Shown here one piece after another: positions 1-5,854 of a stretch of 12,827 bases of DNA. Source of the DNA: a virus (taxonomy: Duplodnaviria; Heunggongvirae; Uroviricota; Caudoviricetes); the IMG/VR virus record IMGVR_UViG_2671180864_000011, one strand, 5' to 3'. Both the position numbers and the translations under genes were made by a program. Numbering within the stretch: position 1 is the first letter of the stretch; each line of letters begins with the position of its first letter. The notes beneath the pieces are model-generated. The model was not told where the DNA came from. It worked only from the letters and a program-made list of their open reading frames with translations, and ran no database searches.

Positions 1-170
1 TGAACATAAAACACTATCAATAAGTTGGAGTCATTACCAAACGGTTGAAATGTATGCCGCTACTTACGGGTCCTGTAATCCTCTGAATAAACCAGAGGGA
101 AAAGATGATTTCGACAAAATTTACCGCTTCTTGGAGGACCGCTATATCAAAAGCTTAGAGGACGCAGGGA

Positions 171-548
171 TCAAATCCCCAGTGAAGTCACCATTGTCCT
201 GAGAACTTGCAGAACGTCATGATCATAACTTCCATCCAAACCGCGACGGCGAATTGCTTCTCGTATTACCGGAAGCAGTTCGCTGGAAATCTCGGTGCAT
301 ATTTCACCTGATAATACGCTTGGCTCAAGTGAGAATATTGGTGAACTTACGGTCTTGGTCTCGACAGTTTCAGAGTCAGTGCCAACATTATAAAGCTCAA
401 CGAAAGCGGTCTTGATTTTCCGGGCCAGATCTTTTGCTGGCTCGCTTGCAATATCTTTCCCGATTTCTCGCAGCACAGAATGCAATGTATGAGCTGCTGT
501 TTTCTGTACATCAGACGGTAAATCTTTAAATTCCATCGTCAGCCTCAT
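171..548 (-). CDS. hypothetical protein (125 aa), distal gene of a leftward early operon
   Basis: Uninterrupted 125-codon ORF. Its first ATG overlaps the stop of the upstream ORF (TGATG); a second in-frame ATG 12 nt downstream is preceded by GAGG. No family motif recognisable by eye. Confidence 0.5.
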   Translation of the reverse strand: MRLTMEFKDLPSDVQKTAAHTLHSVLREIGKDIASEPAKDLARKIKTAFVELYNVGTDSETVETKTVSSPIFSLEPSVLSGEICTEISSELLPVIREAIRRRGLDGSYDHDVLQVLRTMVTSLGI

Positions 549-754
549 CAGTCAGTGTTTCTGGCTAACCAGCAACGCGCGCCAGATTCGGTTTTAAACG
601 TTTTGCTTTTGGTATACGTCATGGCGGTAAACGTTCCATCCTGGTTAGGGAACACGCCGCACACCAGAGATTCGTTGTTGCCAAGATCGATAGTATCCAT
701 GCTGACCTCATTTCCCCTTAACGCCGGGGTGGCGGAACAAAAAACCTGCTGCAT
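548..754 (-). CDS. hypothetical small protein (68 aa from the ATG at 754; 50 aa if started at the ATG at 700)
   Basis: Minus-strand ORF downstream of the operator pair at 882..922. The internal ATG (plus 698..700) has a GAGG Shine-Dalgarno 5 nt upstream; the ATG at 754 has none. Start is uncertain. Confidence 0.4.
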   Translation of the reverse strand: MQQVFCSATPALRGNEVSMDTIDLGNNESLVCGVFPNQDGTFTAMTYTKSKTFKTESGARCWLARNTD

Positions 755-881
755 AGTTAAAGATTGAACCCTGCCGTCATGTTCTTACGCCTCGGGCTGG
801 CTACTTAACCCCTGACCACTGTCTGGTAACTCGAAGTATTGCCCTGCATTCTGTGGGGCGGGGTGGGTTGACGCCTGAAAC

Positions 882-922
882 AATAGCATCATTATTTTTT
901 TGATGTAAATAGCATCGCTATT
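882..922. promoter_or_regulatory. OL-like operator pair: two 15-bp dyads at 882..896 (AATAGCATCATTATT) and 908..922 (AATAGCATCGCTATT)
   Basis: Same motif AATAG-N5-CTATT as the two dyads between the divergent repressor and cro-like genes, with the same 25-26 bp centre-to-centre spacing. Sits between the parE terminator and the leftward genes. Confidence 0.55.
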
Positions 923-937
923 GTTTTTTGTTGGGGC

Positions 938-962
938 AAGAAAAAACCACCCTAAGGTGGTT
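938..962 (-). terminator. Rho-independent terminator candidate ending the repressor-antitoxin-toxin operon
   Basis: Perfect 7-bp inverted repeat AACCACC (945..951) / GGTGGTT (956..962) with a 4-nt loop, followed on the minus strand by TTTTCTT. Lies 17 bp past the parE stop. Confidence 0.5.
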
Positions 963-978
963 CTGTCGGCGGGAATAA

Positions 979-1269
979 TTAACTGTTTTTGCCTGGATAC
1001 TGTCTTCGAGAATGCACAATATTTACTACTTCTATGCTTGATGCTGTTACTCGGTAAAGGATGATGTAGTTAGGATGAGTTACAATTTCACGAAGACCAA
1101 GAACTCGCTCGCTTGGAGGATACAGGTAAGGATGCTCTGTGAGCGGCAAAACGGATGTTTCAATTCGAATTTTCATTCTGCGTGCTGCCGCGGGATTTTC
1201 TTTAGCTATGTAGGCTACGATCTGGCGCAAATCATCACGAGCAGATGGTAGCCATAAAACGGGTAACAT
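979..1269 (-). CDS. parE: ParE/RelE-family type II toxin (ParE2-like)
   Basis: 96-aa ORF with typical ParE/RelE length and sequence character (N-terminal LPVLWLPSARDDLRQIVAYIAKENPAAA, C-terminal IVNIVHSRRQYP). Its start overlaps the stop of the upstream small ORF (shared position 1269), as in toxin-antitoxin pairs. Confidence 0.85.
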   Translation of the reverse strand: MLPVLWLPSARDDLRQIVAYIAKENPAAARRMKIRIETSVLPLTEHPYLYPPSERVLGLREIVTHPNYIILYRVTASSIEVVNIVHSRRQYPGKNS

Positions 1270-1463
1270 TATTCACCTCTGTGAGTTGCAGCAGCAATTT
1301 GGGCAATAATTTGTTCCATTTCCGCCATTACCTCATCATGCGGAATCGCCGGGCGGGGATCCGCGAGGCTTGCTGCTACTTTGGCCCGCAGCCATTCGTT
1401 GTAACTATTTTCTTGCTCAACTGTCTCAAATTCTGAAACCATTGGGGAAAGGACTGTACTCAT
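1269..1463 (-). CDS. small antitoxin partner of the ParE toxin (PaaA2-like)
   Basis: 64-codon ORF immediately upstream of and overlapping parE, with an AGGAGA Shine-Dalgarno before its ATG. Acidic, helix-prone small protein. Size and position match the antitoxin of the three-component paaR2-paaA2-parE2 loci described in E. coli O157 prophages. Confidence 0.7.
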   Translation of the reverse strand: MSTVLSPMVSEFETVEQENSYNEWLRAKVAASLADPRPAIPHDEVMAEMEQIIAQIAAATHRGE

Positions 1464-1482
1464 TTTACATATCTCCTCTGAT

Positions 1483-1983
1483 TTAGGCGCGACGGCCTTT
1501 TTGTGCAGCTAACCACCGCGCAACCGTACGATCCATTGATTCTTTTTTATCTTTCATCTCCTGAAGCATGTGTTCTTGATCTTCTTTCGGAAAAGCTCTG
1601 AACGTATGGATTAAATCTCGTTCCATCGGCTCTACGGCAAACGGTAGTTCATCCTCTGTTTGTTCTGTGTCTGCTGGTAATGCGACTATGTTATCTTGCT
1701 GTGGTTCTCGACAATACATCCTTGCAATTTGCAGCAAATCTACCATGTCTGGCCTGATTGACTCAGGGGGAACTTTCAGTAAGCCAGCAAACTTTAGAAC
1801 AGCCTCAAGGTTTAGTGGGGTTTGACCATTTAGGTAGTGACTTACCGCCCCTTGTGTTGAAAACCCCATAATTTCCGCCGCACGTTCCTGAGTCAATCCC
1901 AACTGAGATTTCTTTGCCATCCAGATTTCTTTCAGTCTTCTGGCGGCGTTGAGGTCGGTGTCTGACAATGATTTTCTTTTCAT
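1483..1983 (-). CDS. XRE-family HTH transcriptional repressor (CI-like prophage repressor / PaaR2-like); the ORF also extends to a GTG at 2013
   Basis: HTH segment LTQERAAEIMGFSTQGAVSHYLNGQ. C-terminal ~80 aa are acidic with no S24 peptidase-like region. Divergent from a cro-like gene with dyad operators between them. First gene of the operon containing the antitoxin and parE. Confidence 0.8.
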   Translation of the reverse strand: MKRKSLSDTDLNAARRLKEIWMAKKSQLGLTQERAAEIMGFSTQGAVSHYLNGQTPLNLEAVLKFAGLLKVPPESIRPDMVDLLQIARMYCREPQQDNIVALPADTEQTEDELPFAVEPMERDLIHTFRAFPKEDQEHMLQEMKDKKESMDRTVARWLAAQKGRRA

Positions 1984-2018
1984 ACATCCAATTCTAATAA
2001 GATTGCTAATCACTTTGA

Positions 2019-2058
2019 AATAGCATCACTATTTACTTTTAAAAATAACAGTGCTATT
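2019..2058. promoter_or_regulatory. OR-like operator pair: 15-bp dyads at 2019..2033 (AATAGCATCACTATT) and 2044..2058 (AATAACAGTGCTATT), overlapping divergent promoters
   Basis: Inverted half-sites AATAG/CTATT; centres 25 bp apart. A -10-like TATTAA at 2055..2060 lies 35 bp upstream of the cro-like ATG; TTGAAA at 2015..2020 is a possible -35. Confidence 0.55.
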
Positions 2059-2094
2059 AATTATGCATTGGTAACACATCACATAGGGCGGATT

Positions 2095-2358
2095 ATGAAT
2101 CTTGGAGAATATTTGCATCATTTTCATATAACCCAGAGTTCATTTGCTGAGATTGTTGGCGCATCCCAAGGGATGGTCAGCCACGTTATAACGGGGCGTG
2201 CAAAACTTACAGGAGAAAAAATATTACGTTGGTGTGAAGCAACGGGATGGGTGGTGACCCCACATGAGATTGACAGTAAAACCTACCCCAACCCAACTGA
2301 CGGCTTGCCTGCTGAGTTTCAGGCTAACACACAACCATCGGCGGGGGTTGATTCATGA
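2095..2358 (+). CDS. Cro/YdaS-like HTH regulator (ORF opens at a TTG at 2068; ATG at 2095 preferred)
   Basis: Short protein with HTH segment FHITQSSFAEIVGASQGMVSHVITGRAKLTGEKILRW. Divergent from the repressor. Its stop overlaps the next gene's start (ATGA at 2355..2358). Confidence 0.75.
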   Translation: MNLGEYLHHFHITQSSFAEIVGASQGMVSHVITGRAKLTGEKILRWCEATGWVVTPHEIDSKTYPNPTDGLPAEFQANTQPSAGVDS

Positions 2359-2780
2359 AAATCAAGCATGAACACATCCGCATGGCGATGAAAGCCTGGG
2401 CGCATCCGGACGGTGAAAAAGTTCCGGCAGCTGAAATAACCAGGGTTTATTTCGAACTGGGAATGACGTTTCCGGTTCTGCATAACGACAGCAAGCACAA
2501 CACGCTTTATCTCAACACCCAAAAGATTTTCCGTTGGCTGGATAAAGACACCCCTGACGCTGTTGAAAAAATTCAGGCGTTGTTACCTGCGATCGAAAGG
2601 GCAATGCCACCTCCGCTGGTGGCTCGAATGCGCAGCCACAGTTCAGCTTATTTTCGGGAACTGGTGGAGACGCATGAACGACTGGTGAGAGACGCTGATG
2701 ATTTTGTCGCAGTGGCAATCGCCGGTTTCAATCAGATGAACCGTGGTGGCCCGGCAGGAAATGCTGTGGCAGTACATTGA
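2355..2780 (+). CDS. YdaT-like protein (proposed CII-type regulator; historically annotated as a toxin)
   Basis: 141-aa ORF translationally coupled to the cro/YdaS-like gene, in the position and size of ydaT in Rac-type prophages. Family assignment is by gene order and recollection, not a search. Confidence 0.55.
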   Translation: MKIKHEHIRMAMKAWAHPDGEKVPAAEITRVYFELGMTFPVLHNDSKHNTLYLNTQKIFRWLDKDTPDAVEKIQALLPAIERAMPPPLVARMRSHSSAYFRELVETHERLVRDADDFVAVAIAGFNQMNRGGPAGNAVAVH

Positions 2781-2851
2781 CTGACAATAGCCATATCGAA
2801 TCGCTCCCGGCAACTCGTGAGTAAAAAGATTCGGTATCAGAAGAGGTGAGT

Positions 2852-3916
2852 ATGGCTAACGCCTGGCTCAGATTATGGCATGACATGCCAAATGACCCTA
2901 AGTGGCGAACAATTGCCAGGGTGTCAGGGCAGCCAATTGCAACAGTGATGGCAGTGTATATCCACCTCCTGGTGAGCGCGTCACGAAATGTCACGCGAGG
3001 TCACATTGATGTCACGACAGAAGATTTGGCAAGTGCGCTCGACGTGACAGAAGAGGTAATTGATTCAATTTTGCAGACGATGCAGGGGCGGGTACTTGAT
3101 GGTGATTTAATCACTGGATGGGAAAAACGCCAGGTGCTTAAAGAGGACAACGGCAATATTTCGCAAACCGCAAAATCTCCTGCAGAGCGCAAGAGGGCGC
3201 AGCGAGAGAGGGAAAGAAAGCGGGAACAAAATGGCGATTGTCACGGCGCGTCACGAAATGTCACGCACATGTCACGACGAGTCACGACAGATACAGATAA
3301 AGATACAGATAAAGAAGATCAAAACACTATGGTCCATGGCGTAAAAAACGCCACGAACCAGGCAGGGGATGTTCAGACCGTCAATCCTGGTCAGCCAGCA
3401 GGCTCGACACCGGAAGCCGATTCAGCGTATGCGCTGAAAGCCGATTCGGGCGCTGTGCAGCAGGTGATGACCGCAAGGCCGGAGCAATCACTCCAACTGC
3501 AGCAGCCTGAAGCCGATTCCGCCATTCAGCGGGAAGCCGATCGGGTAGCCCCGGAAAACACCGGGCAGCCTGTGGGACGAGTGGATTATCCGGATGTGTT
3601 CGAACAGGTCTGGCGGGAATACCCGTTGCGTGCCGGGGCAAACCCGAAGAAATCCGCATTCAGTGCCTGGAAGGCCAGATTGCGCGAGGGGGTGCCACCA
3701 GAGACCATGCTGGATGGTGTGAGGCGTTACGCGAGATACCTGGCGGCGACCGGGAAAGCGGGAACGGAATTTGTTCAGCGAGCGACGACGTTTTTTGGGC
3801 CGGACCGGAATTTTGAAAACCCCTGGTTGCTCCCGGTAAGCGGCACGAACAACCAGCGTTGTGTGAATCATATTTCTGAACCGGATACCGAAATTCCGCC
3901 GGGATTCAGGGGGTGA
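2852..3916 (+). CDS. phage replication initiator / replisome organiser (lambda O analogue, YdaU-like)
   Basis: AAGAGG Shine-Dalgarno 5 nt before the ATG at 2852 (ORF opens at a GTG at 2846). Sits directly upstream of the DnaC-like gene. Contains two clusters of GTCACG direct repeats and low-complexity charged stretches (ERKRAQRERERKRE, TDTDKDTDKED). Confidence 0.65.
   Translation: MANAWLRLWHDMPNDPKWRTIARVSGQPIATVMAVYIHLLVSASRNVTRGHIDVTTEDLASALDVTEEVIDSILQTMQGRVLDGDLITGWEKRQVLKEDNGNISQTAKSPAERKRAQRERERKREQNGDCHGASRNVTHMSRRVTTDTDKDTDKEDQNTMVHGVKNATNQAGDVQTVNPGQPAGSTPEADSAYALKADSGAVQQVMTARPEQSLQLQQPEADSAIQREADRVAPENTGQPVGRVDYPDVFEQVWREYPLRAGANPKKSAFSAWKARLREGVPPETMLDGVRRYARYLAATGKAGTEFVQRATTFFGPDRNFENPWLLPVSGTNNQRCVNHISEPDTEIPPGFRG
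2976..3019. repeat. iteron-like cluster A: GTCAC(G/A) at 2980, 2990, 3000 and 3011 (10-11 bp phasing)
   Basis: Direct hexamer repeats at helical-turn spacing inside the initiator gene. The 21-mer GCGCGTCACGAAATGTCACGC at 2976..2996 recurs exactly at 3246..3266. Confidence 0.55.
3240..3312. repeat. iteron-like cluster B: five GTCACG at 3240, 3250, 3260, 3271 and 3281, then a 12-bp tandem AGATACAGATAA x2 (3289..3312)
   Basis: Five phased hexamers followed by an A/T-richer tandem repeat; layout resembles the intragenic origin of lambdoid phages. Confidence 0.55.
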
Positions 3917-3922
3917 TGTGGC

Positions 3923-4669
3923 ATGAAAAACATTGCGGCAGCCGGGGTTCTTGAACGTATTCACAGACTTGCACCACAGGGGGCGGTTCCACCGTACCGG
4001 ACGGTGGAGGAGTGGCGGGAATGGCAACTTGCTGAAGGACGAAAACGCAGCGAGGAGATTAACCGCCAGAATCGCCAGTTGCGGGTGGAAAAAATCCTGA
4101 ATCGTTCGGGCATCCAGCCTCTGCACAGCAAATGCTCGTTTGCGAATTATCAGGTGCAGAACGACGGGCAAAAATACGCGCTGAGCCAGGCCAAATCCAT
4201 AGCTGACGAACTGATGACCGGGTGCACGAATTTTGTGTTCAGCGGTAAAACCGGCACCGGGAAAAATCACCTTGCAGCGGCGATGGGTAACCGGCTGATG
4301 GCGAAGGGGCGCAGCGTGATTATCGTCACCGAGTCTGATGTCATGAGCGTGTTGCATGACAGCTACGACAACGGCAAATCCGGTGAAAAATTTTTACAGG
4401 AGCTTTGCGGGGTTGATTTGCTGGTCCTGGATGAAATAGGCATTCAGCGGGAGACGAAAAACGAGCAGGTGGTATTGCACCAGATAATTGATCGCCGGAC
4501 AGCATCACTGTGCAGTGTCGGGATGTTAACAAACCTGAATCATGCCGCAATGAGCACGCTTCTTGGTGAGAGGATTATGGACCGCATGACCATGAACGGT
4601 TGTCGGTGGGTGACGTTTAACTGGGATAGCTGGCGTTCAAATGTCAGCTTTCCGGGAGTTGTGAAGTAA
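3923..4669 (+). CDS. DnaC-like AAA+ helicase-loader ATPase (phage P-analogue, YdaV-like)
   Basis: Walker A FSGKTGTGKNHLAAAMG and Walker B LLVLDEIG. Start lies 7 nt after the initiator stop, preceded by a GGGGGTGA Shine-Dalgarno. Confidence 0.85.
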   Translation: MKNIAAAGVLERIHRLAPQGAVPPYRTVEEWREWQLAEGRKRSEEINRQNRQLRVEKILNRSGIQPLHSKCSFANYQVQNDGQKYALSQAKSIADELMTGCTNFVFSGKTGTGKNHLAAAMGNRLMAKGRSVIIVTESDVMSVLHDSYDNGKSGEKFLQELCGVDLLVLDEIGIQRETKNEQVVLHQIIDRRTASLCSVGMLTNLNHAAMSTLLGERIMDRMTMNGCRWVTFNWDSWRSNVSFPGVVK

Positions 4670-4690
4670 TTTTTGTTGGAGGATGTTTTA

Positions 4691-5416
4691 ATGGAAACTG
4701 TATTTGACGCACTGAAAGCACTGAAAAGAGCCTCTTCACATGTGGTGGCGTCCCGCCTTGGAATCAGCCGTGAAGATGCGGTCAACGAACTGTGGAAACT
4801 GAAGCGCCGTGGTGAAGCGGATAACAAGGGTTCGATGTGGTGGCTGATTCAGGCTGGTGAAAGTGAACCAGTGTCACCGGTACCGAAAGTGACAGCGCAA
4901 ATGCTGACTGAGGCGATTGAACAACATGGCCCACAAACGGCGGATGAGCTGGCACTGATGTTCGGGATTACCTCCCGCCGGGCGAATTCATCGCTGGCCA
5001 TGGCAATCAGCAAAGGGCGTCTGATTCGCGTGAATCAGGGCGGTAAATTTCGGTACTGCATACCGGGCGCTGATTTACCGGCAGAGCCGAAAGCCGCATC
5101 CATAGCGGAAACGGATGGTAAAGTCTTTCCTCAGCCAGCAGGTGTTGCGTTACCGGTACAGGAAGCTGCAACACAGGAAGAAATTAAAACAGAAACTGTG
5201 GCGGACATTGTGCAGTCGTTGCCATCGTTCACCGAAACGCAAGCGGATGACCTGGTTTTACCATCGCTGCATATGGCAAACCGCGAACTGCGTCGGGCGA
5301 AAAGTCATGTCCAGAAGTGGGAGCGTGTCTGCGCCGCGTTGCGGGAGCTGAACAAGCACCGGGATATTGTTCGACAGATTGTCGATTCCTCCGGTCGTAT
5401 TGTGTCGGAAAAGTGA
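4691..5416 (+). CDS. hypothetical protein (241 aa) with possible N-terminal winged-helix-like region
   Basis: ATG at 4691 preceded by GGAGGA (the track ORF opens at a TTG at 4673). N-terminal segment [27 protein letters not shown]. No catalytic motif recognised. Confidence 0.6.
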   Translation: METVFDALKALKRASSHVVASRLGISREDAVNELWKLKRRGEADNKGSMWWLIQAGESEPVSPVPKVTAQMLTEAIEQHGPQTADELALMFGITSRRANSSLAMAISKGRLIRVNQGGKFRYCIPGADLPAEPKAASIAETDGKVFPQPAGVALPVQEAATQEEIKTETVADIVQSLPSFTETQADDLVLPSLHMANRELRRAKSHVQKWERVCAALRELNKHRDIVRQIVDSSGRIVSEK

Positions 5417-5431
5417 TTGCCGGGGGCGCTT

Positions 5432-5854
5432 ATGGCAAAAGTATTTACACAGGAAGAGCGGGAAAAAATTAAGGGGCAGGTTGTTGAACTCGTACGCCAG
5501 AGTGGGCGCGAGACGTTACGACAACTGGAAGCTAAAACCGGGGCGACAAGATATTTAATAAGCGTTCTCGCCAGAGAGCTGGTTGCCAGTGGGGATGTAT
5601 ACAACTCTGGCTACGGGTTATTCCCGTCTGAACAGGCTCGTAAGGACTGGCAAAACGCCCGCAAAAAACTCTCGAGGGCAAAGCTGAAGAAACCATCTGT
5701 GGTTGATCCGGACCTTATCTGGTCATTACCAGACGGAGAAATACGCCGCTACGACAGACATCAGAACATAATCTGTCGCGAGTGCCGGAAGAGTGAAGTT
5801 ATGCAGCGTGTACCGGCTTTCTATCAGGGTGATTTTCAGGAGGCGGTACTGTGA
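5432..5854 (+). CDS. hypothetical protein (140 aa), possible winged-helix N-terminus and C-terminal CxxC
   Basis: ATG at 5432 (track ORF opens at a TTG at 5417). A diverged, 5'-truncated second copy at 8744..9133 differs mostly at synonymous sites, which argues the reading frame is real and under selection. Confidence 0.6.
   Translation: MAKVFTQEEREKIKGQVVELVRQSGRETLRQLEAKTGATRYLISVLARELVASGDVYNSGYGLFPSEQARKDWQNARKKLSRAKLKKPSVVDPDLIWSLPDGEIRRYDRHQNIICRECRKSEVMQRVPAFYQGDFQEAVL

Noticed and set aside
140-185. tRNA T-arm-like sequence (GGGATCAAATCCC) that could mark a prophage attachment site
   Set aside because: No acceptor stem or anticodon arm can be built around it, the loop lacks the canonical TTC, and it overlaps the end of the 125-aa ORF.
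555-767. 70-aa plus-strand ORF
   Set aside because: Antisense to the small leftward gene and runs against the direction expected from the operator/promoter layout.
755-880. nutL-like boxA/boxB antitermination site in the leftward leader
   Set aside because: No convincing boxA (CGCTCTTA-like) followed by a boxB hairpin found on the minus strand by eye.
1245-1436. 63-aa plus-strand ORF
   Set aside because: Antisense to the antitoxin/parE junction; no ribosome-binding site or promoter context; the minus-strand genes are well supported.
1805-1987. 60-aa minus-strand ORF inside the repressor gene
   Set aside because: Alternative frame nested in the repressor coding region; its translation is Gly/Arg-rich with no independent support.
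3488-4357. 289-aa minus-strand ORF
   Set aside because: Entirely antisense to the initiator and DnaC-like genes, which have clear motifs and ribosome-binding sites. Its translation is Arg/Pro/Gly-rich and low complexity, typical of an antisense artefact in GC-rich coding DNA.
5115-5558. Plus-strand alternative-frame ORFs (78 and 63 aa)
   Set aside because: Nested out of frame within the 241-aa and 140-aa genes; highly basic translations typical of frame artefacts.
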